Positions 7,920-17,187 of a stretch of 32,241 bases of DNA are shown piece after piece. Source of the stretch: a virus (taxonomy: Duplodnaviria; Caudoviricetes); IMG/VR virus record IMGVR_UViG_3300032219_001435, positions 1-32,241 of that record. One strand, given 5' to 3'. A model generated the notes under the pieces. That model made no database searches, was not told where the DNA came from, and worked only from the letters and a program-made list of their open reading frames with translations. A program made the translations under genes and the position numbers. The first letter of the stretch is position 1; each line of letters starts with the position of its first letter.

Positions 7920-9113
7920 TCAGTTCTTCCAGTTCACGATGCGCGGTTTGCCGGGCTTGCTCGGAGCGGAGGGTGCAGCAGCGGTTGAGCCAGAGCCTTG
8001 CACCACGCCGTATTCGCCGCTCTTGAGACCAAACAGCCTCCTACTCTCCCGATCAATACGTAGCTGAGCCGCTTCCAGCGCCCGCTGGTAGATTTCTTGC
8101 CGGACAGCTTTCGGTTTGCTGCTTGACGCCTGCAGATCAAGGAGGATCTTGCGCTCGCCTTCAGTTGGATTGCCCCCGAAGGTGGCCCGCAAACTTTCAA
8201 GTGCTCCCTTTGTGACAAGATTGTCCAAAGACTCTGTTGCCACATACGTCGGGTCGTCGCTGGCAAAAGCCTGCCCCAACATTTTACGGGCACCGGACAG
8301 TGACCCTTCGTATGCCTGATCGTTAAGCTGCAAGGCTGCCTGCATCGCCGAGATAGAGCCCTTGCCGCTTGTGATAACGTCTTCAATGTCGAAGATTTGT
8401 TTTTGCTCCGTAGCGCTCAGCTTGCGCGGCGGTTTGTCAAACTGGGTTACAGGCGTGCCGTCCGCCAGCACGGTCTTGTTACCCATGCGGAAAACAGGCT
8501 GATTGCCACTAGTCACGCCGGCAACGGGCACCAAATCTTGCTTAGCGGGGCCAACTGGCACTTGCGTCACTTTGCCCGTGACCGGATCTTGGTAAATCAG
8601 GACAACCTTTCCGCCCACTTCTTCCGTGCCCCGGAAGATTGGTTGCGACGCCTTCTTCGCAACGTCCTCCCGCTTAATCGCAACGCCCAGCAAGTCGCGT
8701 GCCGAGCGCGTGTCGCCCTGAAGCAACTGAAGCTGGCCCATGCCCGCCTTCATCTCGAGCTCGCGCTCCTTGAGCGCACGCTCCTCTTCAGCCGTGCGCT
8801 TCGCGCCCGAGTACTTGCTCAACAGCGTGCCAAGATTGCCCACGGTCTCGCCAAATGAGCCGGTGCGCGTTGGCTGGCCCAGAGCTGCCGCGATCGCGAA
8901 CCACTTCTCGGCGTCGGACGGGCCGACGCGCTTATTGCGCAGGTCGGCGCGGGCGGCGTTGATCAAGTCCAGATTGGCCTGCATCTGCGTGCGCTGGACA
9001 CCTTCCGCCGTCTGCACACCCTTCAGCGCCATCGGAACCGTCAGGCCGGGCGTCATCAGCGCAGCGATGCCCTCGCCGGTCGGGAGAGCGCCGGTATCTT
9101 CATCTTCGTCCAT
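7920..9113 (-). CDS. Putative DNA ejection/internal virion protein
   Basis: 397 aa, helical/coiled-coil. FGGNPTEGERKILLDL resembles motifs of podovirus ejection proteins. It lies between other putative ejection genes. Confidence 0.6.
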   Translation of the reverse strand: MDEDEDTGALPTGEGIAALMTPGLTVPMALKGVQTAEGVQRTQMQANLDLINAARADLRNKRVGPSDAEKWFAIAAALGQPTRTGSFGETVGNLGTLLSKYSGAKRTAEEERALKERELEMKAGMGQLQLLQGDTRSARDLLGVAIKREDVAKKASQPIFRGTEEVGGKVVLIYQDPVTGKVTQVPVGPAKQDLVPVAGVTSGNQPVFRMGNKTVLADGTPVTQFDKPPRKLSATEQKQIFDIEDVITSGKGSISAMQAALQLNDQAYEGSLSGARKMLGQAFASDDPTYVATESLDNLVTKGALESLRATFGGNPTEGERKILLDLQASSSKPKAVRQEIYQRALEAAQLRIDRESRRLFGLKSGEYGVVQGSGSTAAAPSAPSKPGKPRIVNWKN

Positions 9114-9970
9114 CAGGGGCCCCCAAACAGATTTTCAAAACCCTTGATCGTCGCAAACGTCGATCCGAGCGAGGCCAGCAGAGACGGGCTCATCGCGCCC
9201 GGCACTTCCGTGCCGACCTTGGTTGCGCCCTTCGGCACCGCCGGAGCGACGCCCTGCAGCGCGCCGATCATGCCCTTGATCTGCTCCTGCGGGAAGCCCT
9301 GCTGCTGCAGGAAGTCCTGATAGGCGAGATCGAGGTTGCGTTGCGTCTGGCCCTGTTCGAGGCCGCCCATCTTCTGCAGCGCCTCCACGCCCGTCAGGCC
9401 GAGCTGCTGCGCCTGCTGCGCCAGTCCGCCTTGCCGCTCCTGCTCCCGCTGGGCAGCGCCCAGCGACTGCGCGTAGCCGCGCTCCAGCGCCTGCGCCTGC
9501 TGCGCCGAGATGTTCTCAGTGGCGTCGCGGATGGCGCGACCCGTCAGCTCGGCCTGCCGCGTGCCGCCGAACTGGCCGGCGCGGATCATCTCGCCCTCGA
9601 TGCCGGGCAGGATCTGCTCCTTGAGGGCGCGCGTGCCCATCTCACCAATGCGGCTGACGACCTGCTCGGTGTACGGGTTCATGAACTGCTGCGTCACATC
9701 GGCGGCGCTGCGTCCGGCCTGCGCCATGTACGGCTCGTAGGCCTGCGCCGCCTGCGGCGTCTGCTCGAAGGCCTTCTGCTGCAGCGCCGTGAAGTCGGCG
9801 ACGCGCGGCCCTTGATACAGCGGGAAGGCGCGGTTGGCGAGTGCCTGCTGGTTGGACAGGATGTCCATCGCATAGTTCGTGTACCAGTCAGGCAGCACAG
9901 ACTGCTCCGTTGAGGAGACGGGCACGGCCTGCGGTGCCTTGCCTTCAGTCAGGAAGTCCAGAAAACCCAT
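9113..9970 (-). CDS. Putative DNA transfer/ejection protein (Gln/Ala-rich; positional analogue of P22 gp7)
   Basis: Q/A-rich, with FMNPYTEQV and AGQFGGTRQ motifs and a hydrophobic Gly-rich C-terminus. Coupled by TAATG and TGATG overlaps. Confidence 0.65.
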   Translation of the reverse strand: MGFLDFLTEGKAPQAVPVSSTEQSVLPDWYTNYAMDILSNQQALANRAFPLYQGPRVADFTALQQKAFEQTPQAAQAYEPYMAQAGRSAADVTQQFMNPYTEQVVSRIGEMGTRALKEQILPGIEGEMIRAGQFGGTRQAELTGRAIRDATENISAQQAQALERGYAQSLGAAQREQERQGGLAQQAQQLGLTGVEALQKMGGLEQGQTQRNLDLAYQDFLQQQGFPQEQIKGMIGALQGVAPAVPKGATKVGTEVPGAMSPSLLASLGSTFATIKGFENLFGGP

Positions 9971-12948
9971 TAAACCAATCCCCCTGAGAGGTAACGCTCG
10001 GGCCGCTTAGCATTAACACTAAACTTGCCCTTGGCCAAGTTGCGGCCCTTGTGTTTGCGAATTTTGGCGCGGAACTCGTCGAGGCGTTGGGCTCCGGCCT
10101 TGCCAGATCCATCGCCGAGCAGCGCCACGGTCTCGGCGTCGATGACATATTCGCCGTCGCTGAGCAATGCCGGGATCTCGTCGCTGCGGCCGGTGCCTGC
10201 GCCGTTCACCGCGAAGCTCTCACGGCTCCGGCCCTTGCCGCCCATGCTGCCGCCCTTGGCGCGCGGCGTTGCGCCCAGACCCTCGAAGATCATGGCGAGC
10301 TGCTGCTGCCCCTCGGGCGTGCCGAGGAACGCAACTAGTTCGGCGTCAGACGCACCCGGCACGGCGGCGCGCAGCTTTTCGAAGCCGGCGCGCAGAACCG
10401 AGTCCGTCGCGCCAGTCGGGGCTGCGGCGGCACCGGGGAGCGCCTGCGGCATGACGGTGCCGACGCCCACGCGCGGTGCGGCGGGTGCAGCGGCGGTTGC
10501 GGCGAAGGCGTCGCGCTCGGCCTGCGTCTCGGGGACGTAGTTGAAGAACGAGCGTGCCGGGCCGTAGCCGTAGCGCGCGTAGTCGATGGCCGGGCGGCCG
10601 GCCTCGCCGAGCGGGCGCTGCGTGAGAGCCTGCGGCGTGAACTGGCCACGCGGCGTGGGCAGTTGCGCGCGGAAGGTCGGGGCGAGCGCGTCGAGGCCAG
10701 TCGCGCCGCCAGCACCTGCGCCGCCACCCCCGCCACCGCCGCCCAGAAGGTTGCCCAGCGCGTCGAGGATGGCGAGGCCGCCCGTGATCTTGCCGAAGGT
10801 GCTCATGCCCTTCTTGCCGCTCTTCTCGGCCTGCTCCTGCTCGAGGGACTTGCCCTCCACACCGGACACCTCGGCCGGTACAAACGCATCCCCGACGGAA
10901 GCGAGTAGGTTGGTGGGCAAACCCGCGTCTATCCGTTGCTGCTCCTTGCGCTTGGCCTCGGCCAACGCTTCTGGTTCAGCGGTAGTTGCTGTCGTAGCAG
11001 GAAGCGCACCAGCAGCGGCCGCAGCGGCTGCTTCAGCTTCAAAGCGTTTAATACGATCCGCCTCAGCCAACGCTTCTGGCTCAGCGGTAGTTGCTGTCGT
11101 AGCAGGAAGCGCACCAGTGTTGGCAGCGGCAGCAGCGGGAAGCGCACCAGCAGCGGCCGCAGCGGCTGCTTCAGCTTCAAACCGTTTAATGCGATCCGCC
11201 TCAGCCAACGCTTCTGCTTCTTCCGTTGCGGCCGGCTGCGTGGCGATCCGACCCGCGACCTCCGCCGGATCAACGATGTAACGGATAACCTCGGAAGCCG
11301 CAGACGAAGCACCGGTCAGAGGCGACGCAGTCGTCGAGACTGGCCGGGGCGCGGTAGAAGTCAGCACCGGATCATCACCGGGCTGGTAATCGTTTTGCTG
11401 CGAGGTTTCCGCGTTGCTCACGTCGGGAGATTTAAACTGCGGGATGCTGCTTGGGTCGAATACAGCGGGGGCGAGACTGGTCAAACCGCCGGTGATCGCG
11501 GAAGCCAGCGCAGGACTGACGGCGTTGCGCGCGCCTTGAACAAGGATTTCGCCCGCCACAGGTGCGGCCGCAAGAGTGCCAAGCGTGCTGCCCAGACCGG
11601 AAAGCGTGGGGGCCACAAACTTTGGAATAACGGTTCCGGGAACGTAGAAACCGGGGTTCACGGCGTTGCCCACAACAGAGTCTGTTCCTGATAATAGACC
11701 ACTGAGACCTTCTTCAAGGCCAGTGCCTTTGAACACGCCTCTCGTAGCACCCGCAATCGCTGCGGCTTTTGCTGCGTCTTCTGCTGTGTATCCTGTCATT
11801 AGCTTGGAGGCACCTGACGCGGCGGCAGAGGCCGCCATTGCAGGTAGCAAACTGGCTCCTCCAGTAGCGATACCTGCTATAATTGGTAATCCATAATTTA
11901 CGAAAGCCCCCATCAGTCCGCTAGTACGCGGATCTGTCTCACCGAAAAGCTGCGTGCCGGGTTGATACTGGCCCTGCTCGTCCGCACGGTACAACTGAAA
12001 ACCGTAGGGCATGTTCCCCTGCGCGGCGGCGAGCTTTTGTAGTTCCTCAACCGAAGAAGCGCGACCCACGACATTCTCGCTGGAGGCGTCGGTCAGCACG
12101 TACTGTTGGCCGGGCTGGAAAACGACCGGCGCGTTCATTCGCCCCGGATCAAAGCGAACGACCTGCCCCGTGGTGCCTGCCGGGTTCGCGGGATCAAAAG
12201 CCGGAGCGAAATCGGTTATGCCGAATATGCCGCCACTGCCGAGTGGGCCACCGCCGCCAGTGTAGGTCGAGGCGACCTCCACTCCCTTCGCGGCCTGATC
12301 GGCAACATACTTGTCGAAGGCGGCGTTGCGGTTGGGGTCAGACGCCGCCTCTATGTTCTGCTTCATCAGGGCGGCGGATGCTTGCAATTCGGCGAGGAAC
12401 TCAGGCGTTAACGCCGGAGGGCTATAGGGCGCTGGCTCCGCCGCAGCGCTCAGACCGCCAGTGGGCTCCGGTGCCGAAGCGAAATTAGCAGATACTTGCG
12501 TCGTCGGCATGGGCTCTGAATACGAGGGTGCCGGCTGCGGCGCAACGGGCTCTTGGTACTGAGGCACGAAGGGCTGCGGCTCAGGCTCACGGTACTGAGG
12601 CATGAAAGGCTCAGGGGCGAAGTACTGCGGCTCAGGCTCACGATACTGAGGAACGAAAGGCTCAGGGGCAAAGTACTGCGGCTCTTGATATTGGGGCACA
12701 AAAGACGCTGGTTCGGGCTGCGGCGCGTAGTACTGCTCGGGCGCGTAGTACTGCTCTGGGGCGAAGTACTGCGGCTCTTGATACTGAGGTTCTGGGGCAA
12801 AGTACGAGGGGGCGGTGTACGAGGGGGCGGTGTACGAGGGGGCGGTGTACGAGGGGGCGGTGTACGACGGCGCAGCATACTGCGGCAGGTACGACAGACC
12901 GCCTCTAACGGCGTAGTCGTCTCCGAAAAAATCGTTTTCGTACTCCAT
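9970..12948 (-). CDS. Large low-complexity virion protein (992 aa) with a conserved C-terminal GxGTGxSDxIPAxLSxGEYV domain
   Basis: N-terminal Pro/Tyr/Gln repeats, hydrophobic Gly/Ala segments and Ala-rich duplications. The C-terminal VNGAGTGRSDEIPALLSDGEYVIDAETV motif is also found in tape-measure and internal virion proteins. Confidence 0.75.
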   Translation of the reverse strand: MEYENDFFGDDYAVRGGLSYLPQYAAPSYTAPSYTAPSYTAPSYTAPSYFAPEPQYQEPQYFAPEQYYAPEQYYAPQPEPASFVPQYQEPQYFAPEPFVPQYREPEPQYFAPEPFMPQYREPEPQPFVPQYQEPVAPQPAPSYSEPMPTTQVSANFASAPEPTGGLSAAAEPAPYSPPALTPEFLAELQASAALMKQNIEAASDPNRNAAFDKYVADQAAKGVEVASTYTGGGGPLGSGGIFGITDFAPAFDPANPAGTTGQVVRFDPGRMNAPVVFQPGQQYVLTDASSENVVGRASSVEELQKLAAAQGNMPYGFQLYRADEQGQYQPGTQLFGETDPRTSGLMGAFVNYGLPIIAGIATGGASLLPAMAASAAASGASKLMTGYTAEDAAKAAAIAGATRGVFKGTGLEEGLSGLLSGTDSVVGNAVNPGFYVPGTVIPKFVAPTLSGLGSTLGTLAAAPVAGEILVQGARNAVSPALASAITGGLTSLAPAVFDPSSIPQFKSPDVSNAETSQQNDYQPGDDPVLTSTAPRPVSTTASPLTGASSAASEVIRYIVDPAEVAGRIATQPAATEEAEALAEADRIKRFEAEAAAAAAAGALPAAAAANTGALPATTATTAEPEALAEADRIKRFEAEAAAAAAAGALPATTATTAEPEALAEAKRKEQQRIDAGLPTNLLASVGDAFVPAEVSGVEGKSLEQEQAEKSGKKGMSTFGKITGGLAILDALGNLLGGGGGGGGAGAGGATGLDALAPTFRAQLPTPRGQFTPQALTQRPLGEAGRPAIDYARYGYGPARSFFNYVPETQAERDAFAATAAAPAAPRVGVGTVMPQALPGAAAAPTGATDSVLRAGFEKLRAAVPGASDAELVAFLGTPEGQQQLAMIFEGLGATPRAKGGSMGGKGRSRESFAVNGAGTGRSDEIPALLSDGEYVIDAETVALLGDGSGKAGAQRLDEFRAKIRKHKGRNLAKGKFSVNAKRPERYLSGGLV
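10950..11225. repeat. Intragenic tandem duplication (EALAEADRIKRFEAEAAAAAAAGALPA / GALPATTATTAEPEALAEA)
   Basis: Two near-identical DNA copies of each block are visible. Boundaries are approximate. Confidence 0.85.
12802..12861. repeat. Perfect 15-bp tandem repeat x4 (GTACGAGGGGGCGGT), encoding (YTAPS)n on the - strand
   Basis: Four exact copies followed by a degenerate fifth. Adjacent 12555-12800 carries degenerate EPQYFAPEPFVPQY repeats. Confidence 0.95.
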
Positions 12949-13181
12949 CAGCCCTGTCCCTCAAGCAACGGGTAGACCCGCATCGCCCACTCGCGCCAGT
13001 CATCGAATTGATATGGGTCTGGCACGACGCGTGTTGAAAACGGTGACGCCTTCAAAAAGCCCGTGGCCCAATCTTGCCAGTCGTTCTCGTCGTCAAGCCG
13101 ACCAAACGCCCACGCATCGCCAACCGACAGTATAACGCTATCGGCCCAATCAATCAAACCCATGCCGCGCGGATCGATCAT
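12948..13181 (-). CDS. Small Trp/Asp-rich hypothetical structural protein (77 aa)
   Basis: ATGA and TGATG coupling on both sides. Contains WQDWA...PDPYQFDDWREWA. Confidence 0.8.
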   Translation of the reverse strand: MIDPRGMGLIDWADSVILSVGDAWAFGRLDDENDWQDWATGFLKASPFSTRVVPDPYQFDDWREWAMRVYPLLEGQG

Positions 13182-14797
13182 CCGATCACCGTCGAGTCGC
13201 CGGGCTGCACATGCGCCAGCACCAAGCCCATCTGATAGTCGCCCCCGATGGCATTGCTCTCGAAGCGGAAGCGCAGCTCGCGGCGCTGCGTCTTGAAGTA
13301 CACGACCTGATCCTGCGGCGTCGGCGGCGTCTCGTAGATGGTGTGCGGCTCCGTTGACACCTCGGGCGCTCGCGCATTGGCGCGGCCAGTCACCTGCATG
13401 GTCATGTCGCCACTCTGCACGAAGTCGGGCTCGATCATCAGCACCTGCAGCGCCTTGTTCTCTTGGCTCGTCACCGGCAGTGACATGTCGGCCGTCTCAA
13501 AGTAGCTCATCACGGGCTGGATGTTCAGGCCGTCGATGTCGTCCACGCCCACCTCATGCAGCCACAGGCGGTACTGATCCGCGCCACTTTCCTGCGTGAT
13601 ACGCGTGTCGCTGCCTTCCGTAATACGCGTGTCGGCCGGTGTTGCCTCGGTGACGCGGATTTCTTCCCCCGCCGCAGTCGGCACAACGCCCGACATGATC
13701 GGCTTGGGGAAGACAGTGGGCGACACGGCCGCGCTGCGCCCGCCGTTGGGCAGCTCGCAGTCGTACCACGTGTTCTCGCGCACGTTGTAGATGACGGCGT
13801 GCGACGGCTCGACTGCCTCGCCGCGCGGGTAGCACCACCAGATCTCGCCGTAGCGCGGCACCTTCATCGCGAACACCTTCTGGCGCTGCGACTGGTTGAG
13901 GCCGTCAAAGAAGTAGTTCAGGTTGAGGTTGTTCGGCACCTCGCGCACGACGCCGTTGAACATCAGGAAGCGGTCAGTGCCCACCCAATAGAAGATGCCG
14001 TCATACTCGATGACCGTGTTCGCGCCGAGGATCGAGGTTTGCGTGCTGATCGTGTCGAACTGGAACACGGGCGCGCCGCCCACGAACGAGGCGCGCACCA
14101 GCGCGTCAGCCGACCAGAACAGGCCGGAAGGTGAGTTGCCCGGCCCGCCGCGCAAAGCCACGCCGCGCACGATCTTCTGCGAGGCGATGTTCGCCGCGCC
14201 AGAGCCGAGGCTGGTGTAGTCCGTGGGGTCGCCCGCCACCGAGAACGCCACGTAGCCGTCGTTGCCGAAGATGAACGTGTAGGGGTGAAAGACGGCGACG
14301 CCACCGGTGGCGCTGTAGCCGGCCGGCAGGTTGGTGATCGGCTGCAGCGGCGCAGTGCCGAACAGATCGCCGAAGAAAAGCTGGCCGCCGTCCGCGTTGC
14401 AGATGCATTCAAGATTGGGTGCGACCTGCGCGACAAGCTGCAGACCGCCGAGGCCCGGCGCGGCGATGGCGTCGAACTGCCACATGTTGCGCGGGTCAGC
14501 CGCAATCGTTGACGGCGTGCGGTTGGTGATGATCGACGTGTTGAAGTTGTTGTCGATGTAGAAGCGCTCAAGCAGGTTGGCCGAGCCACTGTGCACGTAG
14601 GTCAGGCTGTTCTGCGTGAACTCGTGCATCGCGCGGCTGACCTCGCGCAAGTACTTGCTGATCGACCGGTAGCCACCGATCTTACGCGGCAGGCCGCGCT
14701 GAAAGCGCACCCACTGCCCATCGACGTAGTTATCGCCCTCGAACTTCGTGCCGTCGCGCTTGATGCCCGGCTGCGAACGTATCTGGACGACGGGCAC
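13178..14797 (-). CDS. Tail nozzle / packaged-DNA stabilization protein (P22 gp10 / T7 tubular protein B analogue)
   Basis: 539 aa, beta-strand rich. Motifs PGIKRDGT...WVRFQRGLPRKIGGY, FYWVGTDRFLMFNGVV and EIWWCYP...VIYNVRENTWY suggest a beta-propeller. It sits just upstream of the ejection genes. GTG start. Confidence 0.72.
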   Translation of the reverse strand: MPVVQIRSQPGIKRDGTKFEGDNYVDGQWVRFQRGLPRKIGGYRSISKYLREVSRAMHEFTQNSLTYVHSGSANLLERFYIDNNFNTSIITNRTPSTIAADPRNMWQFDAIAAPGLGGLQLVAQVAPNLECICNADGGQLFFGDLFGTAPLQPITNLPAGYSATGGVAVFHPYTFIFGNDGYVAFSVAGDPTDYTSLGSGAANIASQKIVRGVALRGGPGNSPSGLFWSADALVRASFVGGAPVFQFDTISTQTSILGANTVIEYDGIFYWVGTDRFLMFNGVVREVPNNLNLNYFFDGLNQSQRQKVFAMKVPRYGEIWWCYPRGEAVEPSHAVIYNVRENTWYDCELPNGGRSAAVSPTVFPKPIMSGVVPTAAGEEIRVTEATPADTRITEGSDTRITQESGADQYRLWLHEVGVDDIDGLNIQPVMSYFETADMSLPVTSQENKALQVLMIEPDFVQSGDMTMQVTGRANARAPEVSTEPHTIYETPPTPQDQVVYFKTQRRELRFRFESNAIGGDYQMGLVLAHVQPGDSTVIG

Positions 14798-16006
14798 TTA
14801 GAAGCTGCCACCGTTGACGGTGCCCACCGGGGCAACGCCCAGCGTCGTCCACGCGTCGTTGGTCGTGACTGCCGTAAACAGGCCGATGCCTACCGACGTG
14901 CCGCCCAGATTAACCAGCGCACCGCCCGCCGTGGTGGAGCCGGTGCCGCCGTCAACAATAGCAATCGGCACGGCAATGCCACCCGTCTCGGCGTCCACGA
15001 CAACGGTTCCGTTGGAGTACAGAATGGCGCGGCTGCCGCGAGCGACAAGGACACCCGGTGTCTGTGGGCTCGTCCTGACGCGCAGTGTGAAGGAGCCGCC
15101 CGTCGTGTTGTTCGTCACCCAGTATTGCTGGGTCGTCTGTGGCACAATGATGTCGATGTTGCCGACAATCGCGCCCGTGAACTCGTAGGCGATGCGGTTC
15201 AGTTCCGCGCCCGACAGCGTGTAGTTGCCGCTCAGGCCGGCGAGGTTGATGGACGTGTAGTCGAAGGCGAACACCGCGCTCTGGCCGAGGCCGAGTGTGT
15301 ACCAACTGGTGCCGTCCGTCACCGCCGTGGCGCTGTCGCCGGGCGTGAGTGTCAGGGACGCCGCGCCGTTGATCGTCTCAGCGCCTTGCGGGTCGATGAC
15401 GAGGTTGCCCGCGCCGCCGTTGCGGACGGCGATGAACCAGTCACCGCCAACCGAGGGCGCAGTCGGCAGCGTGAGCGTGCCGAGGCCACCCGTCCAGACG
15501 AGCATCTTGGCGCGATCGGAGCCGCCAGCCGTGAAGTTGCTGTTGAAGAGCGTGACGGGCGTGGACTGCGACAGCGTCGAGCCGGTCGCCGTCAGACCGA
15601 AGCCCGCCAGCGCAGAGGCCTGCGCCTGCGCCGTGGACGCGCCGTAGCGGAACGTGCGCCACGTGCCGGCGGCGGTGGTGTTGTCGGTCAGGTAGATTTG
15701 CCACTGCTCGCCCTGCCCAATGGACAGGAGCGTGCCGCCCACGCTGTTCTTGACGGTGATGGTGGACGGGCCGAGGTTGTTGAAGAGGATGGTCTGACCG
15801 CTGCCCGTCTCGTTGGCCGGCGGCAGGCTGATAGAGTACGCGCCGGTGGGCGTCACATCGATGATGCGGGCCGCCGGGCGCAGGAGCGTGTTGCTCTCCA
15901 GCGGCCAGTCCAGCGCCGTGTCGGCCGTCAGCGCAAGCGCCAGATACGACACATCCGAGGGATAGATGGTCGTGCCGCCGAAGATCTGGGTGTAGGTGTT
16001 CGTCAT
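14798..16006 (-). CDS. Tail/baseplate-proximal structural protein (fibre adaptor-like)
   Basis: 402 aa, Thr/Gly-rich with three repeated beta domains (ISLPPA, LTLPTAP, DIIVPQ). Contains IAIVDGGTG and ends in VNGGSF. Confidence 0.7.
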   Translation of the reverse strand: MTNTYTQIFGGTTIYPSDVSYLALALTADTALDWPLESNTLLRPAARIIDVTPTGAYSISLPPANETGSGQTILFNNLGPSTITVKNSVGGTLLSIGQGEQWQIYLTDNTTAAGTWRTFRYGASTAQAQASALAGFGLTATGSTLSQSTPVTLFNSNFTAGGSDRAKMLVWTGGLGTLTLPTAPSVGGDWFIAVRNGGAGNLVIDPQGAETINGAASLTLTPGDSATAVTDGTSWYTLGLGQSAVFAFDYTSINLAGLSGNYTLSGAELNRIAYEFTGAIVGNIDIIVPQTTQQYWVTNNTTGGSFTLRVRTSPQTPGVLVARGSRAILYSNGTVVVDAETGGIAVPIAIVDGGTGSTTAGGALVNLGGTSVGIGLFTAVTTNDAWTTLGVAPVGTVNGGSF

Positions 16007-16659
16007 TATGCCTCTTTCCGAACCGCCGAACGGTCAAGGATTTTGGCGAGGTCTTCGCCGTTAAGCATCGCGGCCGCGCGATCATACATGTTCTGCCAGA
16101 CGGGGATGCGCTCGTCGTTCTTCAGGAACGGCGTGGCCTCAAGCAGCGTGCCGTATAGCAAGAGCTGCGGCGCGTACTCACTCAGCCAGTTCGTCTGCAC
16201 GACATCGTCCAGCAGCGGCGGCAGCTCGTAGTACAGCACCTCGAATGGGTAGGCCGCGTCGGGCGTTGGCGAGATTAGCCAGTGGCTGTAGTCGTAGTCG
16301 CTGTAGAAGATCGGCTGCGCGGTCGCGGTGCGATCCGGCCAGTAGCTGAGCATGTACTCGTAGGCGCGGGAGAACAGCACCTTGCGGGTGTTGTTGTTCG
16401 CGCCAGTGCCGATGTTGATGCTCACCGTGTCGCGCCAGCGGTCGGGCTTGTCGTACACCGCCACGCCGGCCTGCAGCGTGCCACTGACGATGTTGATGAA
16501 GCCTTGGATCTTGAGCTCGCGCGCGATGCGCCGCTCGGCCAGATTGATCAGGCGCGGGATTTGCTCGAAGACGACGGGGTCAGACGCGTAGGTCGTGCCG
16601 CGCTCAAGATAGCGCCGCACGTCCTGCTGGAGCGTCGTGAAGGTCATCGTCGTGGCCAT
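16006..16659 (-). CDS. Head-tail connector/adaptor protein
   Basis: 217 aa. MTFTTLQQDVRRYLER...LINLAERRIAREL...ISPTPD...NWLSEYAPQLLLYGTLLEATPFLKND is a typical podovirus adaptor pattern. RBS AAGGA upstream. Confidence 0.75.
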   Translation of the reverse strand: MATTMTFTTLQQDVRRYLERGTTYASDPVVFEQIPRLINLAERRIARELKIQGFINIVSGTLQAGVAVYDKPDRWRDTVSINIGTGANNNTRKVLFSRAYEYMLSYWPDRTATAQPIFYSDYDYSHWLISPTPDAAYPFEVLYYELPPLLDDVVQTNWLSEYAPQLLLYGTLLEATPFLKNDERIPVWQNMYDRAAAMLNGEDLAKILDRSAVRKEA

Positions 16660-16673
16660 GGGATGTCCTTATA

Positions 16674-16955
16674 TCACTTTTGCGGCAATTGACTAGCTTC
16701 GCGCCACGCCTCGATGGTCAGCCGGTGTTTCTCCGCGCAGTCATTCCTCCGCTCGATCAGGTCTTTTTCCCACAGCAGCCGGGCTGGGTCGAGGAAGGGC
16801 TTGGGCGGGTTGTTTAACTGGGAACACGGGCTCGCCAGATTGGCCGGCGGCGGCTTCAGTGTTTGGATTACCGATGACTTCGACGAGCACCCGGACAGCG
16901 TCGTCAGGAGGAGCGCAACTGGCAGCAGCGGCAGGCACCGTGTGGTAAATCTCAC
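16674..16955 (-). CDS. o-spanin (Rz1-like outer-membrane lipoprotein)
   Basis: A GTG at 16955 gives (M)RFTTRCLPLLPVALLLTTLSG|C, a signal peptide with lipobox LSGC. The mature part is Pro-rich (KPPPANLASPC) with further Cys. It starts inside the i-spanin in another frame and extends past its stop. Confidence 0.85.
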   Translation of the reverse strand: MRFTTRCLPLLPVALLLTTLSGCSSKSSVIQTLKPPPANLASPCSQLNNPPKPFLDPARLLWEKDLIERRNDCAEKHRLTIEAWREASQLPQK

Positions 16956-17187
16956 GAATGGTGTTAGTCCGCTCGACAGAGCGCACATCGGCAGCGGCGC
17001 GTGTTTCTTCATATTCTGCGGCCTTTTTGTCAAGGATGATGTCGGCTTTGGCACGTTGCTTTCCCGCCTTTTCCAGAGCCTTTGCATACGCCGCGTCACA
17101 CTGCCAATCGCGGACTTTGTATCCTGCGACGGCACCGACAACGAGAGCGCCTGCCGCCGCGTAAAGCATGATCGGGTTGGGGATCAC
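16741..17187 (-). CDS. i-spanin (Rz-like)
   Basis: N-terminal TM (IMLYAAAGALVVGAVAGY), coiled-coil and a C-terminal Cys. Directly downstream of the endolysin, with a GTGA overlap at 17184-17187. Confidence 0.85.
   Translation of the reverse strand: MIPNPIMLYAAAGALVVGAVAGYKVRDWQCDAAYAKALEKAGKQRAKADIILDKKAAEYEETRAAADVRSVERTNTIREIYHTVPAAAASCAPPDDAVRVLVEVIGNPNTEAAAGQSGEPVFPVKQPAQALPRPSPAAVGKRPDRAEE

Noticed and set aside
6785-8026. Long + strand ORFs antisense to structural genes (also 14591-16231, 22854-23807, 25989-27050 and others)
   Set aside because: These are shadow ORFs expected in high-GC DNA. They are Arg/Gly-rich, have no motifs, and lie opposite well-supported coupled genes.
12555-12870. 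Short repeats that could suggest a CRISPR array
   Set aside because: They are tandem, in-frame coding repeats without unique spacers, and no cas genes are present.
9970-12948. Tape-measure protein call for the 992-aa ORF
   Set aside because: Only the short C-terminal motif is shared. No tail tube, sheath or tail chaperone genes are visible, and the gene order is podovirus-like.
16660-16700. Possible promoter (TGATATAAG) ahead of the connector gene
   Set aside because: Only a -10-like element overlapping the spanin stop and RBS, with no convincing -35; not supportable.
16956-17141. N-terminal extension of the o-spanin in the ORF track (155 aa)
   Set aside because: The lipobox must be near the N-terminus; GTG at 16955 gives a normal signal peptide.
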